A stretch of 64,000 nucleotides of DNA from Bispira polyomma (lineage: Eukaryota). Where the stretch lies: assembly GCA_965649765.1 (NCBI GenBank), contig OZ287758.1, forward strand, positions 16,616,001 to 16,680,000, written 5' to 3'. Position 1 is the stretch's first letter. Each line of letters begins with the position of its first letter. A program made the position numbers and the translations under genes. The notes under the pieces were generated by a model. The model saw nothing but the letters and a program-made list of their open reading frames with translations, searched no databases and was not told where the DNA came from. This document shows positions 39,901 to 53,226 of this stretch, one piece after another.

Positions 39901-42900
39901 ACCTTGTTTAAAGTAATTCAGTCACGGGGGTTTCCTTGCAATAAAAGTTAATTAGTTTGTGAATGAAAATGCTTATATAACCATATAGCCTAAAGGGTTA
40001 TTTTTAACATTGCTTGTTAGAAAGGTACAATACTCTATTTGTTACATATAATGTGTGTTACAAATACTGTAGCACAGAAGGTACTCCGAAAATTACAAAG
40101 ATATGTTGTGTTTTAAAAGATGCCTGGCATCGATTAGGCGTGTTAAAAATCTATCATATCATCATCATGAAAGAAAATATGATGGACCATTGCTAATATA
40201 AAGTTCACCAAAATACACCAAATCTAATAACAAAAGAATGTGAAAGAACCCAGTCCAACTGTAATAAATGTCATATTTATAATGACGCCATAAACTTTGG
40301 TGCGGAGGATTGGAATGTGGAGATATATTGTGTAAGTCATTTGATATTGATTTCTATAAAAATGACATCATCACCACACGTTGTTTCTGTTTGAACAAAG
40401 GTAATAGGGATGAAAGCCACAGTATATCAGTGAATTATCAGTGAATTATCAGTACAAATTGCATTGGCTGTTGATTTCTTGGTAAAGTACAAGATAGGAT
40501 ATTTTTACAAATTATGAGTTATATTTAGTATAATACCATATGTGCTGTCACAGCTCTACATACTAATATGTAAATGATGAATTGTCTGTAAACATAGATC
40601 ACAATACTACAAAGATCTAGTATAAGAGCTTCTTTAAATCCTGCTTCCTTAAACAATCCTATAGAGATGTGAGCACAGCTGTGTTGTGGAGAGTGATAGG
40701 ATCACAGTGGCAGTGTACAACAACAGTAACACAACAGATGGGGGTTATCCATTACATCAAACTACTCACTGGATTGCTATGTGTGTTCTAAGCAGCAGTA
40801 AGCAGCTGACTGACTTATTACTGGGACACAATCACTAACACAAACTCATGCCATAGCAGAGAAATCTTAACCACAAACTCCATGTTTTATACCAAAATCA
40901 TATTCCTTTTGAGACATGAGCATTGGATCGAGATTAGCAATTGTTCATTTTCATGAAGGTTTTAATATTACCTTTACTTTGCAGATAGAAATTTAGATTT
41001 GAACACAATGTTGTGTAGTTAAAGATAATTAGATATCTAAGTGAGAGATTTAGTACAGCAAAATAGTTTACCAGCTATTTACTCAAGGGAATGTTACATC
41101 ATTGTATGATACAAATATTGTGTCATTGTAAGTGTTGTGGCAATATTTTGCCCAATTTGAAAATTGCTGGTTGTAGAACTTTTTGTTTTGAAGTACCTTG
41201 AACTCTATCCCGTTCAACCATGTTATGAAAAATATTTGCCAGTAGTTGGTATTAACCTCTGAAATACGCAACCTTAGCACTTAAGGGGCATCGGTGGTGG
41301 GATGCTAACACACCGACCTCCCACCTCTGACGTCCTGGTTCAAATCCCAGCTAGGGCTTTAAGTGAGAAAATTGGCAGTTACTTGCTGATGGTCGTTGGT
41401 TTACAATGTAGAATCTTAACCAACTAATATACACTGGCTTCCTCTAGCATTAAATATGACGTTTGTGATATGACATATACAATGTGTTGAATTCCACGTA
41501 AAATCAAAATCAAATCATTTGCACTTAAATTGTCATGATCAGCCTTTATCCACCAGGTATACTATTCATATACTGTGCCTGTTTGGTAACAATATTCGTT
41601 CTAATTACCTTGACTAGTGTATTTTAAGTTATTGTTATATTGTTTTAAGTTCATTTGGTACTAACCTGCAAACAAGAAATTTATTGCATTGGACACGTAA
41701 ATCATTGTTGGCCCCCAGTGGTAATATCACCACTACTTATATATTAACTGATTACAATGATTGATAACTATTTTTATATTTACAGTTCACAAAGAGAATT
41801 ATGAGAAAGAACAAGAAAACTACAGAACAGGTAAATCACCTTTTGTTGTTAGTATCGATTGTGACAAGAATAAAGCATGATTTCATTATCAGAGTTTTAT
41901 GCCTGATATAGTATTGTCACAAAATCATAAATTCATTCTGCATTAAGTAATTGTTTAAATTGATGGTGCTTTATATAACATCCTGATTTAATCATTGATT
42001 TCGAAACAGGCATATCATACCGTGTGTAAGTGTGTTATATGGGTAGTACAGTTCCTAGTCAACTTGGCATATTAGGCTGTCTGTAACTGTGTTATATTGG
42101 TAGTACAGTCCCGAGTCAACTTTGCATATCAGGCTGTCTGTAAGTGTGTTATATGGGTAGTACAGTCCCGAGTCAACTTTGCATATCAGGCTATATGTAG
42201 GTGTGATATATGTGTAATAAGTCCTTGGTCAACTTGGCATATTAGGCTGTCTGTAAGTGTGTTATGTAGGTAGTACACTCATTGGTAAACTTGGCATATC
42301 AGGCTGTATGTAAGTGTGATATATGGGTAGTACAGTAATTGGTAAACATGACATATCAGACTGTCTGTAAGTGTGATTTATGGGTAGTACAGTAATTGGT
42401 AAACATGACATATCATGTCTGTAAGTGTGGTATATGGGTAGTACAGTCATTGGTAAACATGACATATCATGTCTGTAAGTGTGGTATATGGGTAGTACAG
42501 TCATTGGTAAACATGACATATCATGTCTGTAAGTGGGGTATATGGGTAGTACAGTCATTGGTAAACATGACATATCATGTCTGTAAGTGTGGTATATGGG
42601 TGGTACAGTCATTAGGAAACATGACATATCATGTCTGTAAGTGTGGTATATGGGTAGTACAGTCATTGGTAAACATGACATATTATACTGTCTGTAAGTG
42701 TGTTATATGGGTAGTACAGTGATTGGTAAACATGACATATCATACTGTCTGTAAGTGTGTTATATGGGTAGTACAGTGATTGGTAAACATGACATATCAG
42801 ACTTTCTTTAAGTGTGTTATATAGGTAGTATTGTCAACTTGGCATATCAGGTTGTCTGTAAGTGTGTTATATGGGTAGTATTGTCAACGTCGCATATAAG

Positions 42901-45900
42901 GTTGTCTGAAATTTGTTATAAAGGTACTTATACAGGTCCTTGTCTAACTCAAACTTTGATGTTTCAAACTGCCTGTAAATGGTTTTTTATGTATCTTCCT
43001 GACTTACTAAAAGTCTAACATATCAGGCTGTAGGTAGCTTATATAGGTGGTACAGTCCTTGGCTTACTAACAGGTTGATATATCAGGCTGTCAGTAAGTG
43101 TTATACAGGTAGTAGTGTCCTTTACTACTAATATTTTACTACTGAGTTTGCCATTTTAGACTGCCTGTAAATGGGCTATATAGATAGGCCCTGGACTACT
43201 AACAGTTTGACATTTCAGGCTTCCTGAAAGTGTTTCATGAAAGTAGTAGAGTCATTGACTTACTAAGAGTTTGACATTTCAGGCTGCCTGGATGTGGCCA
43301 TCATCGGTTCAGGTATATCGGGTGCCTACACTGCCTGGAGACTGCGAGATAAGGGCCTCCGGGTCCATGTGTACGAGATGTCACACCAGGTGGGAGGCAT
43401 GTTCCAGACGTTACATATTCCAGAGATGCCGGACCTTGACCTAGATATGGGGGTCATGTCGTATAGCACAGAGGTATAAAACACCAACAGCATCATCCCG
43501 CCGACCATCAACCAGTAATCAATTGATTTTAACTCATAAAAAGTACAAAAGTTTTTCCCATCATTTTTTTCAGAAGCATTTTTTCTGTATTAGACAGAGT
43601 GGGGAGGACCAGTTTCAAATAATGTGCTGGCAATAAATCAAAATATAATCAATTGGTTATTTGTTGACAAACATTTTGGTATATTTTTTATACATTTTTT
43701 GAGAATTTAAGAAGTATAGTAGTATCATCAAAGTTATAAAATATTGAGTAGAGTATGTTGTAATACCCATTGATTATACTTTGATAGAATTTTTGAGTTT
43801 ATGTATTGGACTTTTGTTTTTATTTACAGGATATTTATGGAGATTGATATTTCACATAATTTTATATTTTGTATAAATTATGCTTATAATTTTAAAGCAT
43901 AAATGTCTATTCCATATATCTACATCAATTTTGTTTCGGGGGAAGATGGGTACTTTTAAATAACCTGAATGACTTGTGTTTTAGCAACAGTCCCGCCTGG
44001 CCAATTTGATCCATGTGCTGCAGCTGCCACATCGTACGTCCCACCCACCGAACCCCGACCCACCTACATTCTTTTTGCGAAGCCAGCTTCTGACGATGAC
44101 CGATCTTAGAGATTCCAGTAAGGTGCCTTATGAGTTGGGGGTTGGGGAGCAAGGGAAGTCTCCTGACCAGATACAAACGTAGGTGTTGTTGATTAGTCTA
44201 ATAACATAAAGTTGAACTCTTAATATGAAACTATTACCAAAGTATGATCACCCTGTGAGACTATTGGCCATATTGGTTTTACATAAAATATTTCTACTGT
44301 CACACAAAGGATTTTGCCATGAATGTCCTTTACTGCAGTTTGTGCAGGCTAATTTATATATACTTAAACATTACTGCTAATATGGATATTAAGCTAATTC
44401 TGTTATTTTACTTACAAAACAACAATTAGCATACATTACTGTAAATTTATTTATGTGTTTTATAGACCATGCAGTTATAATTGTCAGTAAAATTTGATCT
44501 TCGAAAATTTCAACATGACATATACAGAAAGTATTAAAAAAAACAGTTTGTTCCATTTCTGCTCCTTATTTTCAGATATTATAAAGACAAGATAATGCAG
44601 GGCTACCAGACACTTAATAGAATGAACCCACTTCTGCTCAACACATCACTGGGATTATATTTATATAGACAAGGGTGAGGTTACAGACAAATTGATCGTC
44701 ATAATTACTGTGTCATTGATAAAATGGTGGTTAGACATAAATGTCATCAGGTATCAAACAATAGATTTATAGAGGAGGTTCAGTTACTGAAAAAAACTGT
44801 GACTCGCTTGATGTATGGGTAATAGTCTCTCCTTTTACCTTTGCAGCCATGGTTTCCAATATTGGCTATATTATGCATATGGAAAAGATGCCAATAGATG
44901 TTGCAAAGGCCGGTGGTTAACACTGCAACTGACTCTAACAGTTCAGTCATCTTGACCAACTAACCTGTACTGCTTTCATCAACAAGAATACTGTCCATCA
45001 TGACACAATATGAGTGTGTTTTTAACACTAACTAAAGAAACAACTTATTGCAATATATAGTATTTTTAATTTTAAGTTAAGGAAAGGTAGAATTGAACAA
45101 CTTACTTTTAAGAGCAACTTACTTTTTAACACTGTAAGAGTTAACATTTTGCTGTTACAGTTATATTATATATTTGTATTTTTAATTCTATGCAATTTTG
45201 TAAGTAATACATATTAATTAAGCATGTATAGAGAAGAGTAAAGTCAAACTTTTGTCTTCAATTTAGGTATCAAAACATCTTAGGCCAAGTTGGAAGTACT
45301 GAAGGAAGAAATTTCTTATATGACAGCATCAAATGGCAACATTTAGCCGGTAAGTTGTATGTCTAGATCAGGTATACTAAATAGGTTTACAAATGAATAT
45401 ATCAGTCAGTAAACAATTTAATATAGCATGTAAAGTTCATTCAAAGTGTATCTATTTACACCATAGCTGAAGTGATGGTATAATTTATTGTCACATTAAA
45501 ATGTACTTTAAAGATAAAACACCTGAATCTTTATCAGCAACTTTGTACAAAGTCATTAACCTAATTCATAATTCTATAGCTGTATATACTTTTTATGTAA
45601 AACTCTTGAATTGTTTTTTTTAGCCAATGATAATGCTGCTCAGCTACTGTTTGAACCATGGGATATCCTGCACTCAGACTATGTTAGTCATAAAGTGTTA
45701 AAGGGAGGCATGCAGACCTTACCACTGAAATTACTAGCAGACTTCAAACAGGAAAGTCATGGGTATGTCATATGGAATGTTTGGTAAATCATTAAATGAA
45801 TTAGTTTGTGTATTAATTTTCTTTACTGTGACATATTTAAAAAGTCTATACATGAATCTGAAACTTATTTGATAAAGGTAACTTTGGTAAGGGCAAGAGC

Positions 45901-47184
45901 GGTGGTGGTCAAGTTTTTGGAAATGTCCAATTTGTAAATCCCTCTGCCACAGCAGCACAAATAGAGACTTTTTGGGTTTTTGGGTCTATTTAAACTTATA
46001 CTAAAGGTTGTGCAGGTGATTGTTTCGTAATAAGGCCTTCCACGATGTGGAGTAATCCTAATTATTAACATATGGTTATTATTTTACAGACATGCAGTCA
46101 AACTGAAACATCGCCTGGAGTGTATTCGAGAAAAACATGGAGTCTACCAGCTGATATTTATAAAAACTAACCGGACTGCATCAGGATCACTTGTGGATTT
46201 ACGGGTAAAAAATAAGCTCATGGCTGGTTTATTGTATTATAAAATCAGTTTTATGTGTTAATGCATATCTCTACATAACCATGGCCAGATAACTATAATG
46301 ACAAACTAATAGGAATAGCATTGTAAAAAGATCTATAAAAATTATTGTGTATTACTCATAAAGCACATATCTTTATTGCAATCTAACTCAGGCAAATTTG
46401 AAATTGTATAAATTATCAATTGAATTATAATAAAAATATATGCTTTATCATACAAGACATGGTGTGGTTTTTGCAGGAATCAGCTGAAGTTTGCAGTAGC
46501 AAAGTTATCGTTGCTGTACCCCCCAAGGCTCTAAAGCACATTGAGTGGAAACCATTCGATAGCCACTTTCATTTCAGAGAATCATTGAACTCTGTGGATG
46601 ATTACCCAGTCATGAAAGTTTTTTTCTTGTACACAAAGCTCTGGTTTAACTTTGAAGACATTCCGACGGAATTCCAGGATGTCTATACGGATATGCCAAT
46701 ACACCACTTTAAATATCTGGGCAAGTATACACATGTCGACAAGGTGTACCATGCCTTCCTTGTAGCTGAAGCTGAGGGGGATGATTTGAAATACCTCCAG
46801 GGACTTCTTGATCTGACACACTATGACTGTGAGCATATTTACAGGTGTCGTGATAGTACATACCTCATCAAAGACATCACAACACAGATTGTTACCCTGT
46901 TCAAGAACAGATATCAGATCTCAGAGGAAAATATGCCAGATCCCGAACAAGTCATTATTAATGACTGGACGAAAAGTAGTGGGACAGGAAGTTGGTATAA
47001 CTGGAAAAAGGGGGTGTTTTGGGGCAATGTGGAGAGGAATATGACAAAGCCAGAGTATAGAGAAGATGTGTACTTTGTGGGGAATGGGTTCTGTGGGGGG
47101 CAGTGTCAGCACCAGGTGGACGGATCAATTCAAATTGTTGACCATGTGATAGACAATTATTTTAATACTTCAGTACCTGAATGA
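36964..47184 (+). CDS. Type II membrane-anchored L-amino-acid oxidase / flavin amine oxidase-like protein (aplysianin/achacin-like), 595 aa, 9 coding exons: 36964-37177, 41786-41830, 43283-43473, 43985-44178, 44576-44674, 45267-45349, 45624-45762, 46090-46204, 46477-47184
   Basis: All introns GT-AG with matching phases (1,1,0,2,2,1,2,0); total 1788 nt open; FAD motif DVAIIGSGISGAYTAWRL...VYE; LAAO-like VPYEL..EQGKSP, GGMQTLP, KVIVAVPPKAL, MKVFFLY..LW, YTDMP, GSWYNWKKG, VYFVG; N-terminal hydrophobic IVTVIMVLGMIFCVVMIVIV; in-frame TAA upstream of the ATG. Confidence 0.9.
38395..38600 (+). mobile_element. tRNA-derived SINE in intron 1 of the LAAO-like gene
   Basis: A-box-like GTGGTCTAGTGG, B-box-like GGGTTTGAGCC; homologous to 29270-29420. 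Confidence 0.7.
41285..41520 (+). mobile_element. Full-length tRNA-derived SINE with an 8-bp TSD
   Basis: B box GGTTCAAATCCC; central GTGAGAAAATTGGCAGTTACTTGCTGATGGTCG; (AAATC)n tail; TSD GCACTTAA at 41277-41284 and 41521-41528. Confidence 0.85.
42005..43290. repeat. 57-60 bp minisatellite (~20 copies, homogeneous core 42380-42700) filling the 3' part of LAAO-like intron 2
   Basis: Unit GGTAAACATGACATATCATGTCTGTAAGTGTGGTATATGGGTAGTACAGTCATT-like; explains ORFs 42262..42681 and 42396..42722. Confidence 0.95.
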
Positions 47185-50100
47185 AACATGTACGCAGTAA
47201 AACTACTGTGAATTATGTTGATATATCCCTTGTTATAAATATGCACATAGACATTCATCAATCACAGTTAAATGTCTTGGAAATATATGCAAGTATATGT
47301 TCAAGTTATATTTCACATTGTTTTGTGACTTATTGATACATTCCCCATTTGTTCAAATGCGCTAGTACATGTATTTCATTGAATTGCCAATTTTAGTGTG
47401 AAAGATTGCATCAAGAGAAAATTTCTTTAGTTGGTTATATTACACTTGCAATCCAAATAGTCTTAGGTTCATAATAGTGTCTATTGGGCATTGCTAGTAA
47501 TTTCACATTTGATGTAAGCACAAAATGTTCAGTACAAATATTTTTAACTGGTTTCATCATGACTTTGTATTTTACATTTGATTATACTAAGCTTAATACC
47601 TCTATACTATTATGAAAACGTGTAATTGATACCAATTAAACATTGATGAAATTGAATTGACTACTCACTAAGCTTACTTAGATAACATTGCTATAGTCTG
47701 GTTGTATTGTGACTGCTCACTTCTGCTGTTATTATTGCTGTTCTTTATTGTTAATTCTTATACATGGTTCTTATACATAATGTGTCAAAGTGTCAAATGC
47801 TTCTAATCACTAACACACCTATTGCTATTGAATATTGCCAGTCCGTTTTACAATCTATTCATTATGCTGTTCTAGCCTAAGTATACATCCATCCATGTGT
47901 TTTAACATTTTAATAGAATTTGTTTTTAAAGTTTTTTGTGTGTTTCAATGATATTAAAGCCCACCTTTCTGAATACTTGCATTTATCTGTGATCAATAAA
48001 ATAATCAGTGTTACACTCTAACATACAAAATGGCTGATGCATCTGTTTTTAAAAAATACGATAAAAGATACAGGGAGTTTTTTAAAAATACACCTTATAA
48101 TTTTCCCAGGCATTTGAGATTAAGTTGGTAGTGTTGTGTTCCCATAACTATGTGGTTACAAATGTATTTTGTAAAATATTGTACTTCTGGGTTCAGTTGT
48201 TACTCTTTAAATGTTTGTAAATAATTTATTAAGAATATACATTGTGGATATCAATATGTGTTTTTAACAATATCATAGTATGTTCATAATAAATGTTGCA
48301 CTATTTCTTTGGCTGTAGTAGTCTGGCATTACTATTAGCACAATTTGTGTTATACATGTGTACATTGTGATGTCATTGATTACATGTGTACAATACAATA
48401 TGCATGAATCTCTTGCATTAAACATTTTATAATATTATTGTATTTTTAAGAATAATAAAAACTTAATTGAGTTGTTTAAGTGATTCTTTGTTTAGTGAGA
48501 CGTTTTCTGTCAGCTTATATGAATGCACCTTATGTCTGCCTAGACCTTTTAAAACCTAATTAGAAGATTAACAGAATACTATAGCCAGTATAAACAAGAC
48601 TTATTTCCCCAAAGTCATCCTGTCAATAACTAGTTGTTTCTTTGATATAAGAGCCATTTGACCTGTTATACGTCCTACAATTCTGTTTTCTCATATAACC
48701 TAAGGCAGCCTACTGTCCATATGATAACAGTGTTATAGTTTATGTTACTAATGGGTAAGTATACACAAATTAGGCCCATTCTGAAGCACTTTCACTCTGG
48801 TCCAGAACCTAGCTCTTGGCCTATTGACACAAGAATACCTCCGATTTTAACATGGTCTGCCCCCACACAATTACTCTCAATTCTGAGGTATTGTTCGCCC
48901 TTAATATTAAGTTAATCTTCAACTTAATATGTTTTGTACACTATAGTTAAGTGTATTAAAGCTATTACTAGTGCTATTTTAAAGAATACAGTTAACACTT
49001 TAAGTTCAATATATTTTTAATACTTCTGGGAATTAATTATAAGGCCAAAATATTGATCTCCTTGGTGCCAAAACTTTTAGGATTAAGACTAAAACTACCT
49101 TTTTATAGGACTACCAGCACTAGTGGGTCCTATGATCAGTGCACAAAATATTGATCTAATCAATCAGGGCTGGTGTGTCAGAGTCGTTTGGAGAGCACAC
49201 TGATTTACTCCACACATAAAAACTATCTCTATATTGTTGTCAAATGAACAGACTTGGCCAGCACTGCCATAGATTATATACTTCTATTGTCAGCCACTCT
49301 CACTAAGAACTCTTCTCACCTGCCACAGATTTATTGGATTAAGTGGAGTGCACGGCTTTCTTATGTCTATATGTAAATATATGTGTGTGTATAATGTCCT
49401 AGTAGTCAATACATAAGATTTATAAACTCTCACAGATGAACTGACCACCCCCTCTCAATAAGACCATTAAGAAGAATTAATATGACGTGTTGTTCTTTCC
49501 TGCACATATGTAAATACTTCTAGCTTGTTATAGACAGATAGATCTATATAAATGTATGTAAAAGTGACTCTGATAAGGATATAGTTACAAGAGATTTACT
49601 ATTGTGCAAGGAATTACATTTTTTTATCAAGTGAAGGATATGTAAATTTAACTCCTAGGAAAACAGGTAAAACGTGGTTTAATGTGATAGATGTATCCAC
49701 AAGCAAGTATTTTCAAAACTGGACATACATTTCTTCAGGTAAGCTGTTTTTCTCTATGAACATTGATAATACACCTGTTTTAGTGATGTACATTATAGTT
49801 CAGTGAAGCTTCTCTAACCATCACTTACTACTAATTAGACCCACTGCCTTAGAATACTTATTTCAAAAGTTTGACGTAGATGGAAAGCCAGGAAACTGTT
49901 ACAACTTGCGTCATAGGGCGATGTTACATTTTACTGGATTGTCTTAATGCCTTAAGTGAATATGTTTTTCCATCTTTTTCTGAGTTCATATTCTCTTTCT
50001 AAGCTTATCTTAAAAAATATGTAATGTATACAATGCCACGATACTAAATATGACAGGCTACTCGTTGATATAATCAAATCATCAGGGATTACAACAATTC

Positions 50101-50644
50101 TAAAACATGAAGTATTATATACAAGTTTATGGCGCACCAAGTTTCACTGGGTTTCTTAAATGACAAAGCTCCCAAACTATACTTGAACCATTCATCAGGT
50201 AGAGTACATGACATATATCCATACTCAAATACTGAGGTGTCCCAATGCTTTTCCGACATTGACATGCATTAAGTAAGGGTCTCTTGCAGTTGTGTGATAT
50301 TCTTTGACAGTACGGATTGTTCATTCTGACATGTTTTGAATTTGGTGACAAAGTCAGCCTTAATGTTAGACCAATTAGTTTACTACATGTCTTGATTGTT
50401 TTGAGCATCCTTATTTACAAATTAAAACACAGTTTTTGCAGTTTGAGGTTATCATAAAAATAAAGAGACATTTGGTCATGTGGCTAACTAAGGCTGGAAT
50501 GACAGCCACAAATATTTCAGAACAAGTGTTAATATAAAACTGTCAGAATAATAAGACAGATGCCAAGACAAACTGACTAACAGAAACAGACTTCCAGGAA
50601 GTGGAGCTTCTAGAAGGACAGTAGGCCAAATTCGCCGCTACCTT

Positions 50645-50902
50645 GGTGGGGCTGCAGTGGCCTAGTGGTTAGCAAGCATTGTGCTTCACAATCACTGGTC
50701 TCTCACCTCTGGGCGGCGTGAGTTTGACTTCCGTCAATGCCAATGTGGGAAAGGTGGTAGTTCCTTACTGTGTGTCGCTGGTTTCAGTGCAGAACCTTGA
50801 TAAACGTTATGCAGTGTTTCCTCCAGCGTTTCCAACTCCCTGTCCCAATATAACCTAAACAGGTACGAGAGTGGACGTTAAATATCCCAATTCAAAAAAA
50901 CA
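50645..50902 (+). mobile_element. Full-length tRNA-derived SINE with a 17-bp TSD
   Basis: A box GTGGCCTAGTGG, B-box-like GAGTTTGACTTC, A-rich tail; TSD AAATTCGCCGCTACCTT at 50628-50644 and 50903-50919. Confidence 0.92.
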
Positions 50903-51404
50903 AAATTCGCCGCTACCTTTGTAGGTTTTCCAGTAAACAAAGAATTCGTATTATTGGGGATCTTAAGTATGGAAACTTGTGTCAGTCAGAGTTACAACTG
51001 AAATGGTCAGAAGACATTTCCACGGACATGACCTTAATACTTGGGTAGGGAAAAGAGAAACAATAATTTATTTGACCAACAGTCAAAAATTTGAACATTT
51101 AAAAATTCCACTGTTGAAACACATTATGTAGCACATAAAGAGGCGGTGATCATTAAATGTCCAGGGGTGTACACTTTTTGAAGGCCAATGGTTCACAAAG
51201 CAGAAAACCATGACCAACTACCTCCTCGTTCTGAATTTGCAGGATATCTTCATTGGTAAGCTTCTCTGAAATTAGCCTCATTCTGAAAAACCAGATGGCA
51301 TTTCTATTATCCACCTTTTTCTACTGGCTGGTTCTCGTAACTAGAAGGTTAAATCTCTTCACAGGTGATATGTATAACAAATATATATATGTCCTCTACA
51401 AGCA

Positions 51405-52056
51405 TGCAGACATTTGACCTTGAAGCTCTTCATTCAAGGTCATCCATGGAGTGCCAAAGTACCCCACATAGTGAACTTTAAAAGTGCCTATATCTCCCTT
51501 ACTATTGGTTCCAGAGGTTTGGCATGAGAAGCCTACCTATAGGAAATCATGGCTGGGAATCTTCTGATATGGTCAGGTTTGACCTTGGGCCTCTCATTCA
51601 AGGTCAAACAAGGTATCCAAACTTAAAAGTGTTTGTAACTCGCTTATTAATAGTCCTAAAGGTTTGTGAAACCAACTTATAGGTAATGATGGGCTCGGAA
51701 TCTTCTGATGTGGTCAGATTTGACCTTGGGTCCCTTCATCAAGGTTAGACGAGGGTAGTTTAACCTAAAAGTGCTTATAACTCGCTTATTCTTTGTCCTA
51801 CGGTTTTAAGCAGTAAAACTAACCTATAGGAAATTATGGGCTGGGAGTCTTCTGATGTGGTCAGGTTTTACCTTGGGCCCCTCCTTCAAGGTCAAAGGAC
51901 AATAGCCAAACCTAAAAGTGCTTATAACTCGCTTATTATTGGTCCTACAGGTTTCCAATGTGAAACCAACTTATAGATATTCATGGGCTGAGAGTCTTCT
52001 GATGTGGTCAGATTTGACCTTGGGCTCCTCCTTCAAGGTCAGACGAGGGTAGCCAT
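51405..52056. repeat. ~147-bp tandem array (~4.5 copies), probably the core repeats of a Helentron/pearl-like element
   Basis: TCTTCTGAT.TGGTCAG at 51560, 51701, 51848 and 51996; each unit carries a TGACCTTG...TCAAGGTCA palindrome. Confidence 0.9.
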
Positions 52057-53226
52057 AGCGTGGGTGCTTACTACCTGGGGTGCTCGGTCTTTCTGGTGTA
52101 TATAAATATGCATCGGTTCTCCAATGCGCAAGGTCTAGTTAATATATGCCATATCATATCTACCATTATTCAGCCACTGTACAAAGCTGACAGAGATTTA
52201 AAGGTTCTCGCAAGCCATGCTATTCTGTCAGTCAATAGTCAGTGTTTAGTTCATCACCGTGGGCAGTGTTTTTAGTTGTGTATTTAATCAGTGCAGTAGC
52301 GAGCTCTTCAGTGCTCTTATACACAACTGAGGGAGTGTGTAATTTATCTGGAATCTATCTCAAGGGCCCCTATCACCTTTATTAATCAAACACAAACATT
52401 ATGGTAATTGGGCAGTGTGTGTGTCTGTGTGGGTCTACCTTCTGCCTTACGTCCCTACTTGCTACTTTATTGAATAAGAATTGATTATTAAACAATGTTC
52501 TTGTGTGTTTACGTAACACGAGAAAGCCATTGAGTTGCCATCATAGATATCATATCAAAACGGGTAGCAGATTTCAATTAAAGGTGGAGACATGATTAAA
52601 TATATTTATGCTAAATCAGGACCCTTTAGCAGTGACTATCAAAGCTGGGTGTGTGTACATAGCATAAATTGTTCATTCAGAGCAGAGCTTGACTTTTAGT
52701 TCCCTGATATCTTATGATAGCACAGGCTTGTCAAAGACCATTTGTTGAGGCGTTGTAAAAACCATTTCACCAGCCACACTTAATACTTGTTTGGATAATG
52801 AACTGGTATGAATTGAACATCAATAAAAAATATATAAAAGCCATAGTGTTTGAAGGGGAACTTAATAAATACATAGTAAGATTGATAAGAGTATATCAAG
52901 AAGCCAAGTGAGTAATTAGGCTTGTGTTTTTGTATTGAATAATTTTGTATTTGCTATCTTTCTTTCTCAAACAGTGAGGATTAATTATCAGTAAACTTTA
53001 ATTTACTATCCTACATGGAGTTTACTTTAGTTTGGCTTTAAAGGCGGTGTCAATAGTTTTTATTTGTCATATTAAGAAAGGCAGTTCACCGCTGGAAAAA
53101 TTCCAAACAGATCAGTTGGTTTGGGTTTTTGCTCTGCAAATCGCTGATATTCAGCAAGTCCACTGCCAATTTTATTGACCATGGAGTAACCAAAATATGT
53201 CATATGTGTACTTCAGATAAGATGAA

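Noticed and set aside
42262-42722. Repetitive ORFs on both strands
   Set aside because: Translation artefacts of the intronic minisatellite
46420-46476. ORF-track start of the 254-aa ORF
   Set aside because: Intronic; the exon starts after TTGCAG at 46477
50645-50740. tRNA gene (also 41285, 38395, 19215, 6938)
   Set aside because: A/B boxes only, no cloverleaf; followed by SINE bodies, with tails and TSDs in the full-length copies
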